Of a stretch of DNA of 64,000 bases, positions 1 through 8,512 are shown in pieces. Under the pieces are notes generated by a model. The model was not told the origin of the DNA. It did no database searches and worked only from the letters and a program-made list of their open reading frames with translations. The first letter of the stretch is position 1; each line of letters begins with the position of its first letter. Location: the IMG/VR virus record IMGVR_UViG_3300029931_000011; one strand, 5' to 3'. Source of the stretch: a virus. Both the position numbers and the translations under genes were made by a program.

Positions 1-1056
1 GGCGCCGTCCTCGAGCGCCAGGGTGATGAACGTCGCCCGCATGTCGTAGTGCCGCCGCGGCCGGAAGCCGAGCGCCGGCAGGTCCTCGTCGCGCCAGCGG
101 CGCGCCGAGTAGTAGGTCGGCCGGAACGGCTCCGCCTCTCGGCGCGTGACGCGTGCGGCGGCGTCCGCCGGCGGCAGCGGCACGATCAGGTCCTCTGAGC
201 CCGGCGGCCGCCCCATCATCTCGGCCCAGCCTGCCAGCTTCCACTCGGCCAGGATCGCCGCGAGCGTCGGGTGCACCGGGATATACTTCACCGAGTCGGT
301 CTTCGTCGACTTCGTGCGGAACTGGCGGGTCGAGAACGCGAGCGCGACGAACAGCTCGCCGAGCGGCTGCTTCGCCGCCTCGTAGTGGCGCCAGCGGAGC
401 GCGGCGGCCTCACCGGGACGCACGCCGGCGAGGAGCTCGAGCGCGTACACGACGCGACGATCGGCCGGGATCTGCGGCGACGAGATGATCGCGGTCGCCT
501 CGTCGCGCGTGAAGACGGCGTCCTTGCGCCACTCGGGATCCTTGTCGCGCTTCGGGCCGAGCTGGCGCTCGGTGAGGATGCAGGGCGACTGCCCGATCAG
601 CCCGGCGAGCCGCGCGTCGCGGAAGAGCGCCGACACGACGGCGTAGATGTTGTAGACGGTTCGCTGCGCGACCGGTTCGCCGGTCTGCGCGCTCGGCGTG
701 GTGCGGATGCGGCGGACCAGGTCGACGAGGTGCTGCGTGTGGACGTCGGCGAGCGGCATGTCGCCGATCACTGGCAGCACGTGCGCCTCGAGGCGTCCGC
801 GGTCGTGCTTCCAGTCGTGGCCGAGCGCCTCGCGCTCCTTGAGCCACTGCGCGACGTACCTCCTGACCGTCATCGGGCCCGCCCCGGCGCCTGCGCGCTC
901 GTTGCGCTCGCGCTCGGCGTCGAAGCGCCGCTGCGCGTCGCGTAGGAACTTCTCGGCCTGTTCCTCCTCCTCCTGACGGAACCCGGTCGCGAGCTGCTCC
1001 CACTTCCCGGTGACGCCGCGGACCTTGCCGTACCAGCGGTTGCCGCGCAGGAACAT
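1..1056 (-). CDS. int: Tyrosine integrase; 3' end runs off the left window edge
   Basis: Own translation of the minus frame that stays open to base 1. It is absent from the ORF track because there is no stop in the window. Reads MFLRGNRWYGKVRG...VYALELLAGVRPGEAAALRW...RRHYDMRATFITLALEDGA, with recombinase R and H-x-x-R boxes. ATG at 1056; GTG at 1062 is an alternative. xis lies directly upstream. Confidence 0.85.
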   Translation of the reverse strand, partial: MFLRGNRWYGKVRGVTGKWEQLATGFRQEEEEQAEKFLRDAQRRFDAERERNERAGAGAGPMTVRRYVAQWLKEREALGHDWKHDRGRLEAHVLPVIGDMPLADVHTQHLVDLVRRIRTTPSAQTGEPVAQRTVYNIYAVVSALFRDARLAGLIGQSPCILTERQLGPKRDKDPEWRKDAVFTRDEATAIISSPQIPADRRVVYALELLAGVRPGEAAALRWRHYEAAKQPLGELFVALAFSTRQFRTKSTKTDSVKYIPVHPTLAAILAEWKLAGWAEMMGRPPGSEDLIVPLPPADAAARVTRREAEPFRPTYYSARRWRDEDLPALGFRPRRHYDMRATFITLALEDGA

Positions 1057-1070
1057 GATCACGTGCTTCT

Positions 1071-1367
1071 TCAACGCGCGCCCCGCGAGAGGATGCGCGT
1101 GATCCGCTGGGCGCGCCGAGCGTCCTCGTCAGGCCGCGCACGCGGCGCGATCACGGCGCTCGCCTCGACCCGCACGGCTCGACCGATTCGCATCGCGGGC
1201 AGTCTGCCATCGCTGATGGCCTCGCGAACAGTGGAGAGTGAGATCGAGTGGCGCCCCGCGTACTCGGCGGCGGTGATGTAGACCGCGGCGGCCGGCTTCT
1301 CGTCGTTGCGCGCCTTCGCGAGCTCCTCGCGGATGAGGCGGCGGAGCATGTCCTCGAGCTCGCTCAC
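1071..1367 (-). CDS. xis: Excisionase-type HTH DNA-binding protein
   Basis: Track ORF of 98 aa. YITAAEYAGRHSISLSTVREAISDGRLPAMRIGRAVRV matches the excisionase/MerR-type HTH pattern. Lies immediately upstream of int on the same strand. Confidence 0.8.
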   Translation of the reverse strand: MSELEDMLRRLIREELAKARNDEKPAAAVYITAAEYAGRHSISLSTVREAISDGRLPAMRIGRAVRVEASAVIAPRARPDEDARRAQRITRILSRGAR

Positions 1368-1627
1368 CGCCCCTCTCCATCACGGAGGGAGGCCCGCGGG
1401 TCGGTGCCAGGAGCAGGGCGGCCGGCGCGCCGTGCGGCGATCGACTGGCGGAGGCGGGCTGGCTGGTGGCCCACATGCCAGCCACCGCACCACTTGCATG
1501 GGTAGACGTGGATCCATCGCTCGCCTCGTCGGCGCATCGCCGCAACATGGCCGGCCGCCGATGCTTGATCCGTGTACCTGACTTTACCCTTGCACGATCG
1601 CCGACGGACAGCCCTCTTGCTGCTCAT
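1364..1627 (-). CDS. Small zinc-ribbon-like protein with C-terminal CGGWH motif
   Basis: Track ORF 1364..1663 trimmed to Met13, giving an ATGA overlap with the upstream stop at 1624. The motif KVRY...A...YPCKWCGGWHVGH recurs at the C-terminus of 25610..26149. Confidence 0.55.
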   Translation of the reverse strand: MSSKRAVRRRSCKGKVRYTDQASAAGHVAAMRRRGERWIHVYPCKWCGGWHVGHQPARLRQSIAARRAGRPAPGTDPRASLRDGEGR

Positions 1628-1893
1628 CGCGAGACCTCCCTTCCGTCGGCGTTTGGCCACCACGGCTGCTCATCGTTCCAGAAGCCACGCTCGTCTCCGA
1701 ACCGCTCCCCATACCGTGCACCGAGGTCGAACGACGCGGTCAGCGCCCCAGCCATGGCGAGGTTGCGGCCGAGGCAGGCCATCGAATCCATGAACCGCAC
1801 AGCGATGGCGCGAGCGTGGGTCGGGTACTGCCGCTCGTACTCATCAGGCACGAACATGAACGCCACATTCCACCAGTTGACGAGACCGCTCAC
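1624..1893 (-). CDS. Hypothetical protein
   Basis: Track ORF 1624..1944 trimmed to GTG at 1893, one nt after the upstream stop. GGGGAGGGG lies just upstream as a Shine-Dalgarno candidate. GC3-rich. Confidence 0.5.
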   Translation of the reverse strand: MSGLVNWWNVAFMFVPDEYERQYPTHARAIAVRFMDSMACLGRNLAMAGALTASFDLGARYGERFGDERGFWNDEQPWWPNADGREVSR

Positions 1894-1894
1894 G

Positions 1895-2635
1895 TCACCC
1901 CTCCCCCGGCAGGCTCTCGGCCTTGCCCTCTGGTGGGGTGGCATCCCCTGGTCTCACCTCGATCACGGTGACGCCCGCAGCACGGATCGCGTGCATCACG
2001 TGGCGCAGGCGCTCGCGCAGCCCACGCATGATGTCGGCATCGGCGTGGCCGAACCGAAGGCATGAGCATCCCATCGGGACGAACGGGTGGCCGCTGTGGT
2101 AGCCGTGCCCCTCGCCACGCTCGCCGCACCCGCACGTGTCCGGGTCGATCTCCTTACCGCAGCCGTCGCAGAACGATGTCAGTTCCACCGCCATCACCCG
2201 GTCCCCTGCGGGTGGGGTGGCGGGCTCGCTGAGTCGGCGAAGCGTGTCGATGGCCAATCGGCAGTCGGCCACGGTGACTTCGCAGCGCGCCCCGTGCGAC
2301 GCGCGCGATACGATGCGCAAGGCCACGCGCAGGGCTCTTTGTTCCTCCTCGGTCAGCCCTACGGCGGGCTGCGCGAGGAGGCGGTCGATAGTGTCGGTCA
2401 CCCACGGCCAGTCGTGGTGCTGGTACACGCACTCGCGCGCGCGCAGCAGGTTGGCGCGGTCTTCGGCGGTCAGACCTACGGCGGGAGGTGGGGTGACCAG
2501 CATCCGACGGATCGCGGCCTCCTTCTCGCGGCAGTCGCGAGCAGTTGGATGGTCGCCGTCGCCGTCACGCTCGCAAAGCAGCGCCCGGTTGATGAGGTCG
2601 TGACAGACCTCCACGATCAGGTCGCGGTCGCTCAT
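1895..2635 (-). CDS. Hypothetical Cys/His-rich protein with an internal repeat
   Basis: C-terminal 246 aa (MSDRDLIVEV...) of track ORF 1895..3145; the N-terminal part of that ORF is Arg/Pro-rich junk overlapping the next real gene. Repeat PAVGLT(A/E)E(D/E) occurs twice. Contains the cluster CDGCGKEIDPDTCGCGERGEGHGYH. Confidence 0.55.
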   Translation of the reverse strand: MSDRDLIVEVCHDLINRALLCERDGDGDHPTARDCREKEAAIRRMLVTPPPAVGLTAEDRANLLRARECVYQHHDWPWVTDTIDRLLAQPAVGLTEEEQRALRVALRIVSRASHGARCEVTVADCRLAIDTLRRLSEPATPPAGDRVMAVELTSFCDGCGKEIDPDTCGCGERGEGHGYHSGHPFVPMGCSCLRFGHADADIMRGLRERLRHVMHAIRAAGVTVIEVRPGDATPPEGKAESLPGEG

Positions 2636-2636
2636 C

Positions 2637-3149
2637 TCATCCCTCCCCGCCCGTCGGGGTGCCCGAGCGGTATGCGTCCACGGCGCGGTCCGTTTCGCAG
2701 ATGGCGTCTTCGTACTCGCTGAACGTGTAGCGGCTGCCGTCGCTGCGTTCGCGCTGCCGCTCTGCCGCTTCCACCACCGCCCGCATCCGCTCACACCTCT
2801 CTGCCAGTGCGTCCCGCTCGTCCTTGACTGCTCGGCACTCGTCCGCCATCTCCCGGATGGAAGCGGCGGCCATGTCCAGTTCGGCGCGGGCGGCGTCGCG
2901 CTCGCGATGGACCTCGGCGAAGTCTCGCCCCCACTTCTCGGCGGCTGCTTTCGCCTCATCCCTCTCCCTGGCCAGGCGCTCGTTGTCGGCCCGGAGGCGG
3001 GCGATCTCGGCGGCGCTGCCGTCGTCGTCCTCGGAGGGGAGGGAGAGGATGCCGATGCGCGGAATTGACCGGGGCGCCTTGCCCATCGTCGCCTCGGCGT
3101 GCGCGAGGTACTCGGCTTCGAGGTCAGGCGGTAGCTTGTCGTCACTCAT
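2637..3149 (-). CDS. Coiled-coil protein
   Basis: Track ORF of 170 aa. Long charged heptad-like stretch (ARLRADNERLARERDEAKAAAEKW...ERDALAERCERMRAVVEAAE). Confidence 0.6.
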   Translation of the reverse strand: MSDDKLPPDLEAEYLAHAEATMGKAPRSIPRIGILSLPSEDDDGSAAEIARLRADNERLARERDEAKAAAEKWGRDFAEVHRERDAARAELDMAAASIREMADECRAVKDERDALAERCERMRAVVEAAERQRERSDGSRYTFSEYEDAICETDRAVDAYRSGTPTGGEG

Positions 3150-3468
3150 TGGCTTCCTCCTCTATCGTCATCACCAGCCGGGTTAGCTGGTCACGCAGCC
3201 AGCGAACCTCCACCGTCGTGAGCCAGCCCAGCCCGCGACGCTCCATCACGCGATTGGCCTTCGGGTCGGCGACCTTCTCCGGCAGAACGCGCTCCAGGGT
3301 TATCTGCGTCAGTTCGCCGGGCTCGCGGAAGATGTGCAGCCGCCATCCGGGGTCGGCCTTGGGGTCGGGGTCGGGTAACACGACGTCGAAAGCGCGGTCC
3401 GGCTCCTCCTCGTCGGGGGTGCCCGCGCCCATTGCGCAGTAGCGATCGTAGTCGTCGGACTCGCTCAC
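3142..3468 (-). CDS. Hypothetical acidic protein
   Basis: Track ORF of 108 aa. GC3-rich, with short overlaps to both neighbours. Confidence 0.55.
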   Translation of the reverse strand: MSESDDYDRYCAMGAGTPDEEEPDRAFDVVLPDPDPKADPGWRLHIFREPGELTQITLERVLPEKVADPKANRVMERRGLGWLTTVEVRWLRDQLTRLVMTIEEEANE

Positions 3469-3872
3469 TTCGACCCCTCACCATCCCTGGGAGCCTCTGG
3501 AGCGAGGAGCAGGCGGAGCCTGTCAGCCCGTTCGTTGCTCTCCCACTTGTCGCGGAAGTACGGCGTGGCGTAGCCCCACCCCTCCTCCGCAAGATCGATC
3601 GCCTCCCTCAGCCACGCCTCCAGCTCCTCGAGCCTGGAGAGCAGGGCGTCGGCCGAGTTGCGCAGGGCGACGATGCCGGCGGCGTCGGGGTCGCCAGTCG
3701 TGGGGCCATTCTCGACGGTGCCCATCGTGGCGATGTGCGGCTCCCAGTCGTCACCCTCGTCGTCGGTGGACTGGTAGATGCTGACGGTCGGCCACGGACC
3801 GCAAACCTTCCATGGCCCCGGGCTCATCTTCGCCAGCACCTCGCGCAGTCCCTTCAGGTCTAGGTCACCCAT
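3465..3872 (-). CDS. Ead/Ea22-like phage protein
   Basis: Track ORF of 135 aa. N-terminal SPGPWKV motif followed by ...AAGIVALRNSADALLSRLEELEAWL, a pattern I associate with the Ead/Ea22-like family. Confidence 0.5.
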   Translation of the reverse strand: MGDLDLKGLREVLAKMSPGPWKVCGPWPTVSIYQSTDDEGDDWEPHIATMGTVENGPTTGDPDAAGIVALRNSADALLSRLEELEAWLREAIDLAEEGWGYATPYFRDKWESNERADRLRLLLAPEAPRDGEGSK

Positions 3873-4599
3873 TGCTCTCCTCCTTGGCCTTGAGTGCGGC
3901 GATGCCCGCCATCACCAGGGCAATGCCCAGGTCGATGGCAGCCGCGGGGTCATCTGGCGCTGTCACCCCTTTCCAGTTGCGACCAGAGATGGCGGCCTCA
4001 AGCGTCTGAAGGGGGACACCGAGAACTCGGGCGAGGTAGCTCGTGGATGCGCCGTGTGACTTCATCAAGAGCGCGTCGCTGACGATCTTCTCGGTGAGCG
4101 TGTTGCGTCTCGTGTTTCGGCTTTGCTCGTCGCGCGTCGCCCACCGGCAGTTTCCCGGCTCGTAACCCTTGTCGTTGTCGATGCGGTCAAGGGAGTGCAC
4201 CGGGGAGGGCTTCGGCCCCATGTCCGCCAGAAACGACTCAAAGGAACCGGACCACCGGTCACAGACCGCAATTCCGCGTCCCACATAGTTGTGCGCGCCC
4301 CTCCTCGTCGACCGTCCGCATCGATCCTTCATGTTCATCCACGCCTGGTACTCGCTCTTGTGCATGGACCGGAGAACGCTCGCTTCCTTGCGAGCGCATC
4401 CGCAACTCGGGGCCCCGCCACCGCGCGCGACCTGACGTGGACTGGCATCGTCGCGCTCGACGGCCCTTCCGCAATCGCACTGGAACATCCAGAACCACGA
4501 GTGGCCGACCTTGCGTGTCCGCTCCCTCGCCACTAGTCGCCCGTATCTCGTACCCGGAGACGTGGGCGCCAGCACCGGCTCGTCGCTACGCCGCGTCAT
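3865..4599 (-). CDS. Degenerate-HNH (DRID) nuclease-like protein, paralog P1, with C-terminal HTH
   Basis: Track ORF 3865..4707 trimmed to Met37, with GGAGG 6 nt upstream. Core YVGRGIAVCDRWSGSFESFLADMGPKPSPVHSLDRIDNDKGYEPGNCRWATRDEQSRNTRRN. N-terminal CDCG...SCGC. Confidence 0.7.
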   Translation of the reverse strand: MTRRSDEPVLAPTSPGTRYGRLVARERTRKVGHSWFWMFQCDCGRAVERDDASPRQVARGGGAPSCGCARKEASVLRSMHKSEYQAWMNMKDRCGRSTRRGAHNYVGRGIAVCDRWSGSFESFLADMGPKPSPVHSLDRIDNDKGYEPGNCRWATRDEQSRNTRRNTLTEKIVSDALLMKSHGASTSYLARVLGVPLQTLEAAISGRNWKGVTAPDDPAAAIDLGIALVMAGIAALKAKEESNG

Positions 4600-4821
4600 C
4601 GCTTGCCTCCATCTCGGGTCTCGGTCTGCATCGCGTCTCCCTCGGTTGCTCTCGTGGTGAGCCGACGACGTGTCACCGTCGCCGGCCCGGGCCGCCACGC
4701 TCGACATGGGCGGCCTTGTCGCCGTGCCTACGTTGAGGCGCGCGCACCGCGCTGCGGTACTGACGAGTCGGGACCGAGCCCGACCTCCTCGATTTGGTTC
4801 GAGTCGTCCATGGTGGTCACC

Positions 4822-5475
4822 TCAGAAGCGACGAAGCGCGCGAGCGATCGGCGACGGCTCGTGCGCGAGATCGGCGGTCGCGAACGGGATGTCGTCGTCG
4901 GGCCCGCCCCCGCCGTAGCTCGAGCCGGGCGCGTTCGGGTGCGCGTCGCGGCGCGGCGGCGGCGCGGTGCGGTTGGGCGGCGGCGCCGCCGACCGCTGCT
5001 GCTGGCCGCCTCCGTTGCCGCCGATCTTGCTCTTCATCTTGCGCGCGAAGTCGAGCACCTCAGCATCCGTCATCGCATTGCCCTTGAGGTCGACCTTCAC
5101 CGCCCCGATGCGATTCACCCACTTCACCTTCGACCGCCACTTGCCGTCGTTGCCGAGCTTGAACTCGCGCACGAGCGACACCTCGCTGGCGCACGCACCG
5201 CCGTCGACGATCGCGGGGAGCTCGGAGAGGTCGTCTCCGGTCCACCCGCACGTGCGGAGACCGTCGATCGTGTACTCGTAGAACGAACGGCCCTTGCTGC
5301 TGACGTCGTCCGAGAGCGAGGCGAACCACGTCTCGTACTTGCCGGCGTCCTCGCCGTCGAGGATCTTGAAGCGGCCGACGAGCTGCGGACGACGCACGCC
5401 CTCGTACTCGTCCCAGCCGAACTGGACGCCGCGCAGAACGCCGCGGCAGCGGATCTCGTAGGTGTCATTGCTCAT
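4822..5475 (-). CDS. DUF669-like single-strand DNA-binding protein
   Basis: C-terminal 217 aa (MSNDTYEIRC...) of track ORF 4822..5814. Gly/Pro-rich tail containing DDDIPF (the SSB tip motif). Position is directly downstream of the Sak4-like ATPase. Confidence 0.65.
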   Translation of the reverse strand: MSNDTYEIRCRGVLRGVQFGWDEYEGVRRPQLVGRFKILDGEDAGKYETWFASLSDDVSSKGRSFYEYTIDGLRTCGWTGDDLSELPAIVDGGACASEVSLVREFKLGNDGKWRSKVKWVNRIGAVKVDLKGNAMTDAEVLDFARKMKSKIGGNGGGQQQRSAAPPPNRTAPPPRRDAHPNAPGSSYGGGGPDDDIPFATADLAHEPSPIARALRRF

Positions 5476-6641
5476 GGCGCGGTCTCCTCGGTGCTGGTCT
5501 CGGTCTCGGGGTTGCTGGTGTCGGTGTTGTTCGCGGTGGTCTCGATCGGCGTCGACTGCTGGAGGCCGACGAGGTAGCGGTGCAGCGCGCTGGTGTCGTC
5601 GCCGGCGCGGGCCACGGCCTTGCGCATGGCCTCGACGTGGACCGGGCGCTCGTCGGCGGACATGAACAGCGTGCCGAGCCGGTCGAGCTCGGCCTCGATG
5701 CTCTTGCGCAGGCCGTCGGGGCTCATCGAGTAGAGCGCCTCGAGTGCGTCTGCGAACGGTGCCCACTGCGCCTCGCTGGCCAGATCGATCTCCGACGGCA
5801 TCGGCAGCGAGCACTTCGCCGCCCAGGTCGTCTTGCGCTGGAGGTGGATGATGCGGTTGCCCGAAACGCCGATCGCCTTACGGCCGATCTTCCGCACCGA
5901 GTCGTCGTAGGTGATGAACCCCACGACGTCGCACTTCTCGAGGAGCACGCCGGCGGCCTTCTCGTCGAGGCGCGGGCGGAAGATGTCGAAATCCTCGGCG
6001 AGCACCGACTTGTACTTGGCCACCACGGCGTGACCGAGGAGGATGACGTGCATCCCGGCCTTGAACCGGACGTCGTCGAGGCGCCGCACGAGGACGCGCC
6101 ACATCTGGACGGCGATCTTCTGGCCGCTCGAGTAGCCGAAGTCCTCGATGTTCTCGATCTCCTTCCCCTCCTTGTTGCGGTGCCCGCGGGCCCGAGCGTC
6201 CTCGACGATGCGGTCGAAGATGAGCTGCTCGAGCGCGGCCACGCCGTCGAGCACGACGGTCTTGTAGCCGTACTGCTTCGCGTTCACGACGAGGTCGTCG
6301 AGCGCGTCTTCGACCTCGGTGAGCGTGCGCGCCACCGTGCCCTCGTCGCCCTCGGCGGGGCGGAACGGGTAGCGAGTCACGTGGAGATGGCGGGTGCGGC
6401 CCTCGATGTCGAGGAAGATCGGAGACGGCGCGTCGGCAGCGAGGCTCGACTTGCCGATGCCCTCGTCGCCGTAGAACCAGAACAGCTTCGGATCGCGTCG
6501 GGCGCCGGCCACGACGGCGCCGAGCTTGGACGCCTTCACGGGTGCCGGGGCCGCCGGCTTGGCGGTCTGCGTCGTGCCGGACGCAGGGCGGGCGCCGTTG
6601 GCGGGCGCGGGACGAGGGACGGGTGCGGTGTTGGTCGCCAT
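5472..6641 (-). CDS. AAA_24 / Sak4-like RecA-family ATPase
   Basis: C-terminal 389 aa (MATNTAPVPR...) of track ORF 5472..8027. Walker A reads FWFYGDEGIGKSS; Walker B-like reads TVVLDG. ATGA overlap with the downstream SSB gene. Confidence 0.75.
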   Translation of the reverse strand: MATNTAPVPRPAPANGARPASGTTQTAKPAAPAPVKASKLGAVVAGARRDPKLFWFYGDEGIGKSSLAADAPSPIFLDIEGRTRHLHVTRYPFRPAEGDEGTVARTLTEVEDALDDLVVNAKQYGYKTVVLDGVAALEQLIFDRIVEDARARGHRNKEGKEIENIEDFGYSSGQKIAVQMWRVLVRRLDDVRFKAGMHVILLGHAVVAKYKSVLAEDFDIFRPRLDEKAAGVLLEKCDVVGFITYDDSVRKIGRKAIGVSGNRIIHLQRKTTWAAKCSLPMPSEIDLASEAQWAPFADALEALYSMSPDGLRKSIEAELDRLGTLFMSADERPVHVEAMRKAVARAGDDTSALHRYLVGLQQSTPIETTANNTDTSNPETETSTEETAP

Positions 6642-6664
6642 GCGATCGCTCCTCCTTCGAGCGG

Positions 6665-7702
6665 TCAGGGCTGCGCCGTGCGGCGCGGAAATCGCGTCTC
6701 GTCGGTTATGTCCGCCGAGCCGGTGCACAGGGGGATGAAGGCGCACGCGGCGCCGAACGAACGGCAGGCGTGCGTGTTGCCGCGGGGCCACATGTCGAGC
6801 ACCTCGCACATGCGGGCCAGGCGGATCGTTTCGAGCAGATCGCTCCGCATCTTGGGGAGCTCGTCGTCGGTGCGCACGATCGTCGCGCGCTGGTAGAACT
6901 TCTCCGGCGCGGATGCGATGGCGGCGCGCACGCGAGCGTCGAACGCCTCGGGGCTCTCGTCCTCGGCGCGCTGGTCCTCGTGGAGTCGCGGCTCCTCGAA
7001 CCAGCCCGTCTGGTTGCAGGTCGCGCAGCCCTCGCCGCGCTTGATGCCACCCTTGCCGCCGTGCGTGCCGCCGCAGAGCTTGCAGCCCTTGCCCTTCGTG
7101 TACTTGCGATTCTCCTCGGGCGTGGCGAGGAGCCGGTCGTGCTTGGGCTTGCCGATCGCGTCGTAGATAACGCCGGCGATCTCGTAGCCGAGCATCGCGG
7201 CCCCGTCGACGTAGATCGAGACCTGTCGATCGATGGTGAGCATGTCCCAGTAGCCGGTCCCGGGCGCGATGTCGCTCACCGTGTTCTTGTGCTCGATGAC
7301 GTAGATGCGGCCATCGGTCTCGTCCTGGATGATCCCGTCGATCACGCCCATGAGGACGTGGCCGCCGAGCTCGTAGCGGAAGCCGATCTCGGCGGCGAGC
7401 ACGCGCCACGCGACGCCGCCCCAGCGCAGCTCGTAGCCGTCGATCACGGCGTGCGCCTTGATGGCGTCGACGGGCGACAGGTTCGCTTCGATGATGCGCG
7501 CGTGCGCGATCGCGAGCCGCGCTTCGGGGCCCTGGTCGTGGGCGAGCAGCCACGCCTCGAGCCCGGCGTGTACGCCCTTGCCGTACGCCTGCGCGTCGGT
7601 ACCGGGCTCGATGAGCCGGTCGACGTACTTGTACTTGTACTTGCGCAAGCACGTGTGCAGCGTCGCAAGGCGCGACGAGCTGTACTCGGTGAGGTCCTGC
7701 AT
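6665..7702 (-). CDS. PD-(D/E)XK exonuclease, Cas4/RecB-like, with a Cys cluster
   Basis: Track ORF of 345 aa. VIDGIIQDE...IYVIEHK gives the D...D/ExK motif. N-terminal C (LHTC) plus C-terminal C...C..C (ACRSFGAACAFIPLC) is typical of Cas4-like Fe-S nucleases. Confidence 0.75.
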   Translation of the reverse strand: MQDLTEYSSSRLATLHTCLRKYKYKYVDRLIEPGTDAQAYGKGVHAGLEAWLLAHDQGPEARLAIAHARIIEANLSPVDAIKAHAVIDGYELRWGGVAWRVLAAEIGFRYELGGHVLMGVIDGIIQDETDGRIYVIEHKNTVSDIAPGTGYWDMLTIDRQVSIYVDGAAMLGYEIAGVIYDAIGKPKHDRLLATPEENRKYTKGKGCKLCGGTHGGKGGIKRGEGCATCNQTGWFEEPRLHEDQRAEDESPEAFDARVRAAIASAPEKFYQRATIVRTDDELPKMRSDLLETIRLARMCEVLDMWPRGNTHACRSFGAACAFIPLCTGSADITDETRFPRRTAQP

Positions 7703-7738
7703 GGAGTCTCCTGCGCACCCTCGGGCGCGCGGCTGGGG

Positions 7739-7945
7739 TCAGTGGGTGGCGAACGGCTCGCTCGTGAGCAGCTGGGCGGCCGCGTCGCTGGACAGGGTCA
7801 GGCACAGGTCCACGCGGTAGCCCTGCTCCGTGCTCGCCACGGCGAGCGTGCCGACGATCGGCGCCTGCGACTTGGCGAGGAGGGCGTCGAGCTCGCGCTG
7901 GAACGAGCGGATGAGGAGCGCGACGGTGTGGGCATTGCCGGTCAC
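7739..7945 (-). CDS. Hypothetical small protein
   Basis: Track ORF 7739..8152 trimmed to GTG at 7945, giving a GTGA overlap with the upstream stop at 7942. The upstream part of the track ORF is Arg-rich junk. Confidence 0.45.
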   Translation of the reverse strand: MTGNAHTVALLIRSFQRELDALLAKSQAPIVGTLAVASTEQGYRVDLCLTLSSDAAAQLLTSEPFATH

Positions 7946-8304
7946 GGCAACCGCCTGGCAGCGGCCAGCCCGCGCTCCAGCTTGGCGATGCGCACGGCCT
8001 GCGCGAGCGGCACGGTCCCGGCGACACCCACGAGGAGCCGCGCCTGCATCCGGGCGTCGCCGAGGCGGCGCTCGTAGTGGGCGACGAGGACCTCGCGCAT
8101 CTCGCGCCTGGTCTCGGGATCGAGGTCGCGCCACTCGGTGTGGCCGGCGCACGCGGCGAGGTCGCGGCCGAGATCGGCGGTGGCGCGGCGGATGACGGCG
8201 GGCGTCTCGAGGTCCTCCGGCGTCAGCGCCGACGTCTCGCGGGCGAAACGCGGGCGCTCGATGGCGCCGAAGGGCGGGGCGAGGGCTTCGCTGCGGGCGC
8301 GCAT
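7942..8304 (-). CDS. Hypothetical protein
   Basis: Track ORF 7942..8349 trimmed to Met16, giving a TGATG junction with the upstream gene. Confidence 0.5.
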   Translation of the reverse strand: MRARSEALAPPFGAIERPRFARETSALTPEDLETPAVIRRATADLGRDLAACAGHTEWRDLDPETRREMREVLVAHYERRLGDARMQARLLVGVAGTVPLAQAVRIAKLERGLAAARRLP

Positions 8305-8510
8305 CACGCAGCCGCCTTGATCGTCGAGACGCCCTTGCCGCGGAGCCACTCTCGCGCGGCCTGCACGAGCATCTCGCGTGACGGCGGCATCAGGCTCGCC
8401 TCGGCGTTCGGCGTCAGCGCCAGCGAGCGCGCGTACGAGCGCAGCGGGGTCTTCGGGCAGTCGCGGCGGTGCGCCGACTTGAGGCGCTTGCGCGGGCGGA
8501 ACTTCTCCAT
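8304..8510 (-). CDS. Small basic protein
   Basis: C-terminal 68 aa (MEKFRPRKRLKSAHRR...) of track ORF 8304..8750. Confidence 0.45.
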   Translation of the reverse strand: MEKFRPRKRLKSAHRRDCPKTPLRSYARSLALTPNAEASLMPPSREMLVQAAREWLRGKGVSTIKAAA

Positions 8511-8512
8511 GG

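Noticed and set aside
4728-4811. A 27-codon ORF (MDDSNQIEEVGLGPDSSVPQRGARAST) in the gap between the SSB-like gene and P1. A similar short ORF lies at 17544..17642.
   Set aside because: Both are too short and featureless to support. There is no coupling, no clear ribosome-binding site and no recognisable motif.
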